Notes: generated from the letters alone by a model not told the origin. Positions 47,930-57,901 are shown, numbered from the stretch's first letter. The stretch: 64,000 nucleotides of DNA from Candidatus Kerfeldbacteria bacterium RIFCSPLOWO2_02_FULL_42_19 (GCA_001818315.1 MHKF01000012.1:251149-315148), one strand, 5' to 3'. A program made the numbers and translations.

Positions 47930-48727
47930 ATGCTCTATAAAGAACTCATACAACTTGGACTTTCGGAAAAAGAAGCGAAGGTTTATCTTGCTTCTTTGGA
48001 ATTAGGTAAAGCGACGGTGCAAAAAATCGCGGAAAAGTCAGGCGTGAATCGCGCTACGACGTATTTTATTTTAGAGTCGTTACTCAAGCTTGGACTTGTT
48101 TCGACCTATGATCAGGACAAAAAAACGTATTTTAGCGCAGAGCCGCCGGAACTTTTGATTAATCTTTTAAAAAAACAAGAAGCTGAGATTCACCAAAAGG
48201 CCCGTAACTTTGAAAATATTTTGCCAGAACTGCGTTCCGTTTATAATCTTGCCGAGGATAAACCTCGAGTTCGTTTTTATGAGGGTAAAGATGGATTATT
48301 TGCGATTCAACAGGATTTTTTGCAGACGAATGATCGTAAGATCGAGACCGTTTTTTCACGAGACGATGTTGAAGAAGTTTTTACACAGCAGGAACGTGAG
48401 GAATATCTCAACAAGCGTTTAAATAAACAACTTCATTGTTTTGCTATTTATACACGAAAGGGCGGCTCATTTCTCCCTGATTCCGTGGGTCAAATGATGG
48501 CGGATGCGTATTATATTCCTTCTGATAAGTATCCCATATCATCAGATATCACCATTTATGATGATAAAATTGCCATGGCATCTTTACGCGGGAAATTATC
48601 AGGAGTGATTATTGAAAATAAGGAGATTGCGAATACTTTACGGAGTATTTTTTATCTTGCTCTTGAGACAGCAAAAACTTTTCGGAAAAAGGATTCATCA
48701 TCTGAGACTGATAAAACCCCATCTTAG
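47930..48727 (+). CDS. TrmB family transcriptional regulator
   Basis: LGLSEKEAKVYLASLELG HTH; VRFYEG; IYDDKIA. Confidence 0.92.
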   Translation: MLYKELIQLGLSEKEAKVYLASLELGKATVQKIAEKSGVNRATTYFILESLLKLGLVSTYDQDKKTYFSAEPPELLINLLKKQEAEIHQKARNFENILPELRSVYNLAEDKPRVRFYEGKDGLFAIQQDFLQTNDRKIETVFSRDDVEEVFTQQEREEYLNKRLNKQLHCFAIYTRKGGSFLPDSVGQMMADAYYIPSDKYPISSDITIYDDKIAMASLRGKLSGVIIENKEIANTLRSIFYLALETAKTFRKKDSSSETDKTPS

Positions 48728-48744
48728 AAAATTATCAGAAATGA

Positions 48745-49012
48745 ATTGGCGACGCTATCGAAATCGATCGAATGAAGCGTCGCCGTATCTGGTTTTTCCT
48801 TCAGGAAAAATGTTTTTTTTCGGAGCCTCAAAGGATCCGATCTGTAATGTACTATTTTTTTTCGTTTCAGCCCCCCATACCCATATTTTACCTCCTTTGT
48901 TGTTTTTGTTTTTTTGCCCCGTGTGCGGTGCACCGTACATGGAGCAACTCTTGGTTTGGTCGGCCGAATTTTTCAATGACTAGTCCTCCGCAATTCACTT
49001 TCGAGACTAGCT
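48745..49012 (-). ncRNA. Candidate small transcript carrying an MGMGG mini-ORF
   Basis: TTGACA-N17-TAATTT at 49047-49019; several hairpins; AAAGGAGG-N6-ATG GGT ATG GGG GGC TGA (48884-48867). Confidence 0.35.
48748..48785. terminator. Terminator-like hairpin between convergent units
   Basis: GGCGACGCT...AGCGTCGCC. Confidence 0.65.
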
Positions 49013-49224
49013 AGTTTCAAATTAACAGCTGTCAAAAATTTTGTCAAGCACATGGTAAACTCACACGAACCTGAGAGTATTTTTTCATTTAACCCTTGTC
49101 TCTTTTTTGAGTTTATTCTTTGTTGAACTCCATTGTATTTATCAATATTTTTGACTTCATCGGTTTTTCTTGATATAAATGAAAGATTCATTCGAGGGCA
49201 TTCAGGCTTTTTCTTCTGAAGTCC

Positions 49225-50061
49225 ATGTCTTTGTTTCACGAACAACTCAAGGGTCTTGATTTTACCGATAAACAAATAGATATCTATCTGTATCTTTTAC
49301 GTGAAGTGCGTGCGTCGGCAAAACAGATTTACGAGTCGTTGCATCTCAATAAAGTCACCGCGTATAAAGTTTTGGATGAACTCGTTGAGATGGATGTGAT
49401 CGGTGTGATCCATGGCGAAGATGCTAAGCTCTATATTTGTAAACCGCCGGACCATCTCTGGAATGTCATTAATCGCAAACTCAAGACCCTGAATGAGCAA
49501 CGCAAGCTTTTGAAAAATGCTATTCCCGAACTTGTCGGTGAATATAATAAACACGCTTCTGCAAAACCACAGATTCGTTTTTACGAAGGCAAGAAAGGCT
49601 TAAGCGCCATTCGGAAGAGTTTTTTGGATGTGGCACAGAAGGAGATTTGTGGCATTTTCTCTGGTGACGATGTAGAACGTGTTTTTTCAGAAGCAGAACG
49701 TGTTTTGTTTTCTACTGAACGAAAAGCTCGTGGTATTCTGAGTCAGAGTATTTATACCCGCAGTCCCGGTCCGTATGCTGCTGCCGACGATCAGGCAATT
49801 CTTGCTCGGACGCATTATATTCGCGGCGAACGATTTCCTATTTTGAGTGACATCAGTATCTATGATAACAAGGTTGCGATTGCATCATTACGTGAACATT
49901 TATGGGGTGTCGTCATTGAAAATCACGCTATTGCCAAGACGCTACGCACGCTTTTTCTTTTAGCAGTTGAGGGCGTTCAGCATTTGCGTAGGTGTCAACA
50001 TCAATCTTCTTTCTCGACAGCGGCAACCCAAAAATCTAAAGTTACTACAAAACAAGTTTGA
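49225..50061 (+). CDS. TrmB family transcriptional regulator (paralogue)
   Basis: N-terminal HTH; IRFYEGKKG; SDISIYDNKVAIASL. Confidence 0.88.
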   Translation: MSLFHEQLKGLDFTDKQIDIYLYLLREVRASAKQIYESLHLNKVTAYKVLDELVEMDVIGVIHGEDAKLYICKPPDHLWNVINRKLKTLNEQRKLLKNAIPELVGEYNKHASAKPQIRFYEGKKGLSAIRKSFLDVAQKEICGIFSGDDVERVFSEAERVLFSTERKARGILSQSIYTRSPGPYAAADDQAILARTHYIRGERFPILSDISIYDNKVAIASLREHLWGVVIENHAIAKTLRTLFLLAVEGVQHLRRCQHQSSFSTAATQKSKVTTKQV

Positions 50062-50085
50062 CATATTTTTTGATCTCGGTATAAT
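50058..50085 (+). promoter_or_regulatory. rplJL promoter
   Basis: TTGACA-N16-TATAAT. Confidence 0.8.
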
Positions 50086-50093
50086 TCTTTTAA

Positions 50094-50157
50094 GCCGTAG
50101 AATACAGGTGTTCTCGTATTGCTTTTGCAAACCGGAACTTAATTGCCTGTCGAGGTA
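50094..50157 (+). promoter_or_regulatory. Ribosomal protein L10 leader RNA
   Basis: CCGTAGA..CAGGTG...TTAA..CCTGTCGAGG pattern directly upstream of rplJ. Confidence 0.7.
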
Positions 50158-50210
50158 GATAAGATGATTGGTGTTTTATTTTATTCTGCGGTAGGTAACG
50201 CAGTTTTTTT

Positions 50211-50735
50211 ATGGCTAAAACTCGTACAGAAAAAGAAAATATTGTTCAGTCTTTAGGTAAACTCTTCAAGCAGAACGCAGGGATTGTGTTTGTTGCTTAT
50301 TCCCGAGTTTCGGTAAAGGATATGCTTGCGCTTCGTAGGGCCGTGAAACAGAGTCAATGCGGTGTGTCCGCAGTAAAGAAAACACTACTTACGCGTGCCT
50401 TAGTAATTGCTGGAGATACGTATGATGTCGGCACATTAAACGGTTCTGTCTTTGTGGGCTATGGCAGCGATCAAGTCGCTCTTGCGAAAGTGATCGATCG
50501 ATTTCGCAAAGAGCACGGAGAAAATATAAAGATGCTTGGCGGTATACTTGACCACACAGCGGTTTCGAGCGAGCAGATCATGTCACTTGCTCAACTTCCT
50601 TCACGAATGGAACTGACGGCACAATTCGTTGGAACTCTTGCAGCTCCGATTGTTGGGTTTGCACGAGTATTATCGGGAACAATGCAAAGTTTTGTGTACG
50701 CCCTGTCTGCTTTGCAGAAGAAAAAGGCTTTATGA
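50211..50735 (+). CDS. rplJ: 50S ribosomal protein L10
   Basis: VKKTLL, LAQLPSRMEL; precedes rplL. Confidence 0.93.
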   Translation: MAKTRTEKENIVQSLGKLFKQNAGIVFVAYSRVSVKDMLALRRAVKQSQCGVSAVKKTLLTRALVIAGDTYDVGTLNGSVFVGYGSDQVALAKVIDRFRKEHGENIKMLGGILDHTAVSSEQIMSLAQLPSRMELTAQFVGTLAAPIVGFARVLSGTMQSFVYALSALQKKKAL

Positions 50736-50836
50736 AGTGCGTGTAGTGAGGGGTTTTGACCTTTGTTTCTTTCCTTGAGACTTATTGCAACGTGAAAGAA
50801 GCATAGGTGAAAACTTTTATCATTAACGTGTATTAT

Positions 50837-51277
50837 ATGTCAGACAGTGCGCAAACGAAGGATACTTCGAATGCAACAGAGGCAGTTATTGTGCCTGAAA
50901 AATTTGCTTCATTAGTTGAGTCTATTGAAAAAATGAGTGTGCTTGATCTCGCCGAACTTGTGAAGTTGCTTGAGAAGAAATTTGGTGTCTCGGCAAGCGC
51001 ACCGATGATGGTCGCGCCAGCAGCAGGTGGTGCGTCCGGTGATGGAGCATCGCAAGAAGAAGAGAAAGATTCATTTAACGTTGAACTTGCTGAAGTTGGT
51101 GCTCAAAAGATTGCCGTTATTAAAGTTGTGCGTGAAATCACCGGTAAGGGCTTGAAAGAGGTAAAGGATATTGTTGAAGCTGCACCGAAAGTAATCAAAG
51201 AAGGCGCTAAGAAAGAAGAAGCTGAGGAATTAAAGAAAAAGCTCGAAGCAGCTGGTGCAAAAGTGAATTTGAAGTAA
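50837..51277 (+). CDS. rplL: 50S ribosomal protein L7/L12
   Basis: [35 protein letters not shown]. Confidence 0.97.
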   Translation: MSDSAQTKDTSNATEAVIVPEKFASLVESIEKMSVLDLAELVKLLEKKFGVSASAPMMVAPAAGGASGDGASQEEEKDSFNVELAEVGAQKIAVIKVVREITGKGLKEVKDIVEAAPKVIKEGAKKEEAEELKKKLEAAGAKVNLK

Positions 51278-51296
51278 TTTTTGTTCGTTGGTGTAT

Positions 51297-51380
51297 AAAG
51301 TGAGAGGGGGAGGATGATATTTTTGGAGCACACTGTGCATTCTTAGTGCTCTGAAAATATCCGCTGCCACCTCTCTTTTA
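51297..51380 (+). repeat. Family-A hairpin, copy 6 (divergent)
   Basis: GATATTTTTGGAGCAC-ACTGTGCATTCTTA-GTGCTCTGAAAATATC; lies between convergent genes. Confidence 0.75.
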
Positions 51381-51402
51381 TTTTTTCAATATTGCATTTC
51401 CT

Positions 51403-53079
51403 TTAAAGGATCTCCTGCTGATAGCAGGGATTGCAGAAAATTTTTTCCGGACGCTCGGGAGCATATGTCGTTTCGAATTCCGTGGGACAGCGATTTTCGC
51501 TATGTTCTGAATGTTTGAGATCGCACTGACATTGACGGTGATAGAGTTGCAGCGGGTAATGACGCTTCCACCGCTTTTGAAAACGGCAAGCGGGACACAG
51601 GAGTGGAAGCGGTAAGTGCAGCAGTTTCAGCAGTTTCAATTCAATACTTTGGATGCGATAATTTTTTTTGCATTCAACGCAGGCGAGGATTTTTTCGAGA
51701 ATTATTTCTGCAACTTTTTCAATCTGTGAGTGGATGTCGGTAGCCCGCAACGTTTCTTTTCCATACAAACCTGCGGATTCATCCTGCCAGCGCCAACCTC
51801 GTACAAGCACTTTTTTCTTTGTCAGAGGAAAATAATCCTGCGACATCGTTTCGTTGTAGGTATGAGGACTATATTGTACTGGAAGAAATTCTCCCCATTC
51901 ACCGTCGTCGCGCATTTTGTTAATAATCTTTTTCCGCAGATCGTGATATTTCGTCTCTGAATACTGTTGATTGAGAATGCAAAATCGTTTTCCGCGGAGA
52001 CCCACGCATCCAAAGAGGTGATCCGAATTTTCACAAAAGAAGCAATACGCGATGAACATGCAGTCAGGACTCGTGTAAGAACAGGCGGCGCTGTTGAATC
52101 GAATCCCAGAATTTACTTCGTAACTGTTTTGTGAACCTAGAGTATGGTTCACGCGATAACAGTCCTTTGTTTTGAGCATGCGGAAACATTCACCGCAATT
52201 TTCATTTTCTATCATGTTAAAGCCCAAACGGATGTTTTTTGAAGATTCGATTGCCTCGCCGACGACGTTTTCGCTCTTTCGAATGATCGCGAATTCAACG
52301 GGAAACTTCAGAGAGTGTTGCGCAAAACGTTTTCGGTGTTCTTCGAAACTCTCGCGGTTTTTAAGTGCTTCCGTAAGACGCTTTCGGTATTCCACTTCAG
52401 GCAGCGACTCGTTAAACCAGTAAAATTTTTTGTGTTTGAGATTCACGCATCCGAAACAATTCTGACAGTCAGTAAGGTCACGGCCAAGGTAACATTCGTT
52501 GCAGTTATAAGCTCGTGTGAGGAAGGCGGAGCGATAGGAATAATATGTATAAACGCAATCATAAACGAGTTCACTGTGATACACTTGTAATCCATCCGCA
52601 CAGTCTTTTGACCAGTCTATGTTGCGGGAATATACAATGTTTTCAAGTTCTAAACCGCTGAATACAAGATAACAGTCCTTGCCGTCGAGGACGTAATTGA
52701 CGTATTCTGAATTGACGTTTTCTCCTGGTTGCCAGAGATTATAGTGTGGCACATGTGTGAGTAGTTGGTGGAGTTGTTCGAAAAATGGTTTTTGCGGATC
52801 ATATGTTTGCGCATATTTCATCGGATCCCATTGGTCAGAATACCAACATGGTCGGCAATATACGTGCGCGTATGAAGCGGGCGAATACATTGCAATGATA
52901 TTTTTTTTACACAATTCGCATTGACGACGATAGAGTGATGCTTCGTTGCGATATGTCATCCGACGCCGGTGAGCATCGGTCGCGCACAGTGTTGGTTCCG
53001 GAAGTTCAAGCGCGTTGAGTATTTTTTTGTCCTCAGTAGCAATACTGAAAGAAGTTTTGCATTCACGACACGTAGGCAT
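51403..53079 (-). CDS. Cys-rich zinc-ribbon/repeat protein of unknown function (CPR-type)
   Basis: Multiple CxxC motifs; CFGCVNLKHK; GEWGEF; FETTYAPERPEKIFCNPCY. Confidence 0.85.
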   Translation of the reverse strand: MPTCRECKTSFSIATEDKKILNALELPEPTLCATDAHRRRMTYRNEASLYRRQCELCKKNIIAMYSPASYAHVYCRPCWYSDQWDPMKYAQTYDPQKPFFEQLHQLLTHVPHYNLWQPGENVNSEYVNYVLDGKDCYLVFSGLELENIVYSRNIDWSKDCADGLQVYHSELVYDCVYTYYSYRSAFLTRAYNCNECYLGRDLTDCQNCFGCVNLKHKKFYWFNESLPEVEYRKRLTEALKNRESFEEHRKRFAQHSLKFPVEFAIIRKSENVVGEAIESSKNIRLGFNMIENENCGECFRMLKTKDCYRVNHTLGSQNSYEVNSGIRFNSAACSYTSPDCMFIAYCFFCENSDHLFGCVGLRGKRFCILNQQYSETKYHDLRKKIINKMRDDGEWGEFLPVQYSPHTYNETMSQDYFPLTKKKVLVRGWRWQDESAGLYGKETLRATDIHSQIEKVAEIILEKILACVECKKNYRIQSIELKLLKLLHLPLPLLCPACRFQKRWKRHYPLQLYHRQCQCDLKHSEHSENRCPTEFETTYAPERPEKIFCNPCYQQEIL

Positions 53080-53092
53080 ATTATGAGTTTTT

Positions 53093-53140
53093 AACTTGAT
53101 AATTCCGCGTCAGCTTGCTGCGCGGAGATTCATTCGAGTT
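53093..53140 (+). repeat. Family-C repeat, copy 3
   Basis: AACTTGATAATTCCGCGTCAGCTTGCTGCGCGGAGATTCATTCGAGTT hairpin. Confidence 0.8.
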
Positions 53141-53187
53141 GCTGTGGTTAACAGCAATGTTTACTTGATGTATGTATACGATGCATT

Positions 53188-54871
53188 TTAAACTATCTCC
53201 TGTTGATAACATAGGTTGCAGAAAACTTTTTCCGGACGCTCGGGGGCATATGTCGTTTCGAATTCTGTGGGACAGCGTTTGTTGGTGTGCGCTGGGTGCT
53301 TCCGAGAGCAGTCGCACTGCCTTTGATATAGCCGCGGAAAAGGGATGCGCGACAGACGCTCGTTCAAGCGACATTCCGGACAGATCTTCGGCAGAGGGAG
53401 TGACAACGTACGTAACACCTGCAACTCCTTTGGCTGAATGCGGTAGTTAAGATCGCACGTCGCACAGACAAGAATAGCTTTGGTAATATCTGACGAGGTT
53501 TGTTTGATCGAAGCGGGTATGTGTTCAATCGAGAGTGTTTCTTTGCCGCGAATTCCGCCATGATTGTTTTCAAATTGCCAACCCTTGGCAAGCACCTCTT
53601 CGCGTGTTAGGGGAAATAACTCAATCGCAGCCGAATCGTTGTAGGCATGCGGGCTGTATTTCACCGGTGGAAATTCACCCCATTCATCGCATTGTTGCAT
53701 GTTGGTAACAATCTGCTGACGTAACCGCTCATACTCCTCTTGAGTGTATTGTTTATTGAGAACGCAGAATTTTTTCTTTCTTAAGCCGACGCAGCCGAAA
53801 ATGTTATCACAATTGGCACAGAAGAAAGAATAGGCCATGAACGAACAACCCTCAGCCATCATGGAACAGAGTGTATAAGACGTGGTCAAACCTCCGCCGA
53901 TGTATTCGTACATGTTTTCAATAAAACCAGCATTACTCACACGGTACGCATTTTTAGTTTGATAGGTAATCCGATAGGCATCTCCTATATTTTCAGAATC
54001 CTGTAATCCGAAGGAATAACGCACATTTACGGCATTAAAGATCCCATCACCCGAGCAATTTTCGCTTTTGCGGATCACGGCATACTCGACTAGAAATTGT
54101 TTGGCATGTTCGGAGAAACGCTGTCGGTGCTGTTGAATGCTTGTCCGGTCCTTCAACGCTTCTTTCAGCCGGCGCTTGTATTTTGTTTCCGAAAGCGCTT
54201 CGTTATACCAATAAAAACGTTTGTGCTTCAGATTGACGCAACCGAAGCAGTCATGGCAGTCCGCCAAATCCCTGCCGAAATAGCAATCTGAGCAGCGCTC
54301 GCATCGTGTTAAGAAAGCGCTCTTGAAACTTTCGCGTGCGTAAACACAATCATATAAAAGTTCTGAACTGTGAATGAATATATTATCGACGCAGTCTCGA
54401 CACTGATCATTATTTTTGTTATAGACACAGCCTTCGGATTTGAGACAGGAAAAGGAGAGGTAACAATCCTTGCTGTTCCATGTGAAATTTGTATAAATAG
54501 AATTTACGACGTTCCCTATTTGAAATACGTTAAAGTTGGGCACCTGTTTCATCAGATCCAACCATTGATCAAAAAACGGCCGATTCGGATTATAGTCACG
54601 GCCGTATTGCAGAGGATCCCATTTGTCCGAATACCAACAATCGCGGCAGTACACATGCGCATACGAAGCTGGCGAATACATGGCAAGCAGAGATTTACCG
54701 CACATCTCGCACTGGCGACGGTTAAAGATGTCGTTCATTGCGATAGGCGAGCCGCCGCTGTAGTGAGTGTTCAAAACACAGCTTGGGTTCCGGCACCTGC
54801 AAAAGAGAAAGAATTTTTTTGTCTTCTGAATGGACGGAGAAAGATATGTTACATTCACAACATCGCGGCAT
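53188..54871 (-). CDS. Paralogous Cys-rich protein interrupted by a +1 frame change at 54721-54727 (pseudogene, sequence error or programmed frameshift)
   Basis: The homologous N-terminus MPRCCECNISF...YRNERHL* (54871-54722) aligns without gaps to residues 1-49 of the paralogue; homology continues in the +1 frame. Confidence 0.8.
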
Positions 54872-54901
54872 AGAGCAAGTTTATAAATGGCAGTTTTCCG
54901 A

Positions 54902-57160
54902 TTATTGACTGATGCTTACTCGGTAAAGCTGCACGTTATTAAGGAAGTAGAGTATTTTTTCGTCATTACTGATTGCGAAATCGCGAATGTCAGTGAATCG
55001 CTCGGAGATATATTGTCCGACGAGTTGTCCCTCTTTTGTGAGAATCACGATGCGGCGATTTTTTCCATCGAGTATATAAATATTTTTGCCTTCTTCCAGT
55101 GTGGTGATTTTTCGCGCTTCGGAAAATTTCGGTTCCATAGCGAATTGTTTGAATTCCGGATCTTTGTTACCGGCAAAAAGTTTGATGATTGTCCCATCTT
55201 TTTTAAGTACATAAATCGCGCCATCGATTGCGATTGAAACTGCGTCACGTATATCAACATTCGTATCGCTGATCCAATTCTCTCCTTTGCCGAAACCGCT
55301 CGCCGTTTTGATATGTTTTTGAATTTGATTTTTTTCGGCATCGAGCACGTACAGTCTCCCTCCATAGAAGTTCAGATCCGACGCTTGTTTTTCGCTTGTT
55401 GAAAATTCAACCTGAACATCTGTCAATGTTTTCTTTTCGAGATCAATGTTTTTCAATGCCGCGCCTTGAGTGAATCCCATCAAAACATCATTATTTTTAG
55501 TCATAGTTTTGATTGCATCTTGTGTTTCGGAATTCTCGACGAATATCTCTGGATTTTCGTCTTCCTTTGCCGTATACATTGTGCCGTTTGTCGCGTCAGT
55601 CACTAAGAATTTGTCTTGTAAAACCATGAGTGCACCAAGTGATAGATTTGCATTGATGCTCGAAAAATCCGCAACAACTTGTGCTTCGTTATCGAAATTC
55701 CGTATATGATTTATTTCATTCAGTTGCGTTTGTATTTCCTTTTTTTTCGGTTCGACTTTTTCTTGATATACAGAGATAGTTTCCGGAATGCTAGCCAGGA
55801 TTGTTTGTGCCTCAATCAGAAACGCACGGGCTCCTTCTTCATTTTTATAAAGAAGCGCAGCCTTTGATTCATCTATTTTTTTTGCGGCGTCGTCGATCTT
55901 CGTTTCATATTCCAGAAGACTTTTTTCTTCCTCACGTTTGCTGCCTTGATGCATAATACTTTGTGCGAAAAGTACTATGAAAATGATAGACAAGAGCAAT
56001 AAAATTTTTCTCGGCCGAGACAGTCTTTGGAAAGCGAGGATGATTCTTGCAAGTATACCCCCTGTTCTTTGTGGAAAATGCACCATTTTTGCGGGGAATC
56101 TTTTGACTTTGTCTTTTTGTAATAGGCTCCACACGCTTCGTAACAATATACTGAGTCCCTTTGTTATCCAGTATGTGATTTTTTTGCATCCTTCAAATAT
56201 CAAGAGGAGTGCGCGTTTCATTGATGGTGGGATGTGTTGCTTGGATTGTTTTTTTTCTTCTTTTTTGTCCTCTTGTTTCGCAGGTGTGAAGTATTTTTGA
56301 TTATTTTTTTCTTTGAAAGAAGACAAATTTGTTTTTATTTTTGGCCAGAGAGATGGAGTTAAGAGTTCGTGAGTAGTTTGTTCTTTTTGTATGAGACTTT
56401 GCATGGAATCTTGCACTTCGTCCGTAAGTGTTTCCTTTGTTCCAGTGATGAAATTCGTTCCCGACAAGACTTCACTTTCAGTTTTTACAATAATCCCAGC
56501 GAAATTATGAGTTTGGCTTTGAGAGAGAATTTCGGTAAAATTTCGTATCGCCTCCTCGGTCGTATTCTCTTGGATAATCCGTTTTATTTTTTCTTGCGAA
56601 AAAAAGTCTAAAATACTCTCAGTGCTAAAAAACATACTATCACCTTCGCGAATATTCCCTGAAAGAATACTTGAAAAGAGTTTGAGTGGATTTACGTTAG
56701 CATGTGTATTCTCTTGCTGGAGAATATCCAGAATACGATCGTTTTGTATGAGAAATCCTTGTACTTTACCAGCCGATGTGATGTGCACTTCCTGATCTTT
56801 TGCAATCGCAATGATCGCATGGAAGTGCTTGAACCATTCGTCGCCGTACGCAGCGGTAATATTTTGCAAAAGTTGATTTGTTTGTTGTAAGGCATTTTCA
56901 AATGCGACTTCGATAATAAATTCTTCTGCGCAATAATAGTTGGTCGCTATACTTTTTTGGATTTTGGTAAATATCTCATCAGCTTTGTTTTGAAAATTTG
57001 TAAGCTCAAGCAATAAAAAAAGCTTCCCGAAGTTTTTTTCTTCCAAGGGAGTGGGTTGAGCGATAAAAATATGGCACGCCGATCCTTGAGCTGTGTTGTT
57101 GACTATAAATTCTTGGAATTTCAATCTCGGCTGTGATTTTGTGAGTGTGTTTGACTTCAT
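54902..57160 (-). CDS. Hypothetical membrane-anchored protein with a C-terminal beta-propeller-like domain
   Basis: 752 aa; central TM and coiled coil; LYVLD, AIDGAIYVL, IYILD repeats. Confidence 0.8.
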   Translation of the reverse strand: MKSNTLTKSQPRLKFQEFIVNNTAQGSACHIFIAQPTPLEEKNFGKLFLLLELTNFQNKADEIFTKIQKSIATNYYCAEEFIIEVAFENALQQTNQLLQNITAAYGDEWFKHFHAIIAIAKDQEVHITSAGKVQGFLIQNDRILDILQQENTHANVNPLKLFSSILSGNIREGDSMFFSTESILDFFSQEKIKRIIQENTTEEAIRNFTEILSQSQTHNFAGIIVKTESEVLSGTNFITGTKETLTDEVQDSMQSLIQKEQTTHELLTPSLWPKIKTNLSSFKEKNNQKYFTPAKQEDKKEEKKQSKQHIPPSMKRALLLIFEGCKKITYWITKGLSILLRSVWSLLQKDKVKRFPAKMVHFPQRTGGILARIILAFQRLSRPRKILLLLSIIFIVLFAQSIMHQGSKREEEKSLLEYETKIDDAAKKIDESKAALLYKNEEGARAFLIEAQTILASIPETISVYQEKVEPKKKEIQTQLNEINHIRNFDNEAQVVADFSSINANLSLGALMVLQDKFLVTDATNGTMYTAKEDENPEIFVENSETQDAIKTMTKNNDVLMGFTQGAALKNIDLEKKTLTDVQVEFSTSEKQASDLNFYGGRLYVLDAEKNQIQKHIKTASGFGKGENWISDTNVDIRDAVSIAIDGAIYVLKKDGTIIKLFAGNKDPEFKQFAMEPKFSEARKITTLEEGKNIYILDGKNRRIVILTKEGQLVGQYISERFTDIRDFAISNDEKILYFLNNVQLYRVSISQ

Positions 57161-57313
57161 GAGTATGATAATGTTGTTATTGTAGCGGAACTCTTTTCTT
57201 TATTCAAGATTTTTTTATTATGAAATTTTTTTTATTTTTTGTCAATAAATTTTCAAAAAAACACAAGTGTTCTATAATAATCTCAGTTCTGATGAATTTT
57301 AATACTCCACGAT

Positions 57314-57901
57314 ATGCTTGAACAACTTTTTGGTTCACGCACCCGACTCAAACTTTTGAAGATTTTTTTACTTCGCCGGCAAAAAAAATATTACGTGCGT
57401 GAGCTCACTCGTCTTGCTGGCGAACATATCAATTCTGTGCGTCGAGAGCTTGCTCATCTTGAATCACTGGATCTCCTTAGTTCCGAGACGGTTGATAAGA
57501 AAAAGTTTTATACTGCACATCCACACAGCCTTTTGTATCCGGAATTACGTGCGCTTTTGTACAAGGCGCGACTCACAACCGAAAAAATATTTGTTGATCA
57601 CATGAAAGCACTTGGAACAGTATCGTATCTTGCGTTACTGGGTATGTTTACAGGTTCTGAAGCTTCTGATGCTCAGGCGCCAACGGATATCTTTATTGTT
57701 GGCAATGTGCATCGCGGAAAACTTGATGCTTTATTGCATATGCTTCAACCTGATTTTGATCGTCAGATTTATTATACAATTATGACCCCTCAAGAATTTC
57801 AATACCGTCTGGATATTACGGATAAATTTGTTTTTGATATCCTTCGAAGTAAAAAAATAGTGATTATTGATACTCTCAATGTACAAGATCAGCACGGGTA
57901 A
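57314..57901 (+). CDS. Winged-HTH protein with a nucleotidyltransferase-like C-terminus
   Basis: MLEQLFGSRTRLKLL, YVRELTR...INSVRREL, DIFIVG. Confidence 0.8.
   Translation: MLEQLFGSRTRLKLLKIFLLRRQKKYYVRELTRLAGEHINSVRRELAHLESLDLLSSETVDKKKFYTAHPHSLLYPELRALLYKARLTTEKIFVDHMKALGTVSYLALLGMFTGSEASDAQAPTDIFIVGNVHRGKLDALLHMLQPDFDRQIYYTIMTPQEFQYRLDITDKFVFDILRSKKIVIIDTLNVQDQHG

Noticed and set aside
6218-51380. Family-A hairpins as integron attC sites
   Set aside because: They lack RYYYAAC/GTTRRRY boxes, are dispersed among housekeeping genes in both orientations, and no integrase is present.
51431-53277. DGR-like TR/VR pair at the paralogue 3' ends
   Set aside because: Mismatches are not adenine-specific, both copies are coding, and there is no reverse transcriptase in the window.
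53188-54858. Track N-terminus MNVTYLSPSIQ...
   Set aside because: The first ~45 residues are off-frame; the homologous N-terminus is in the frame starting at 54871.
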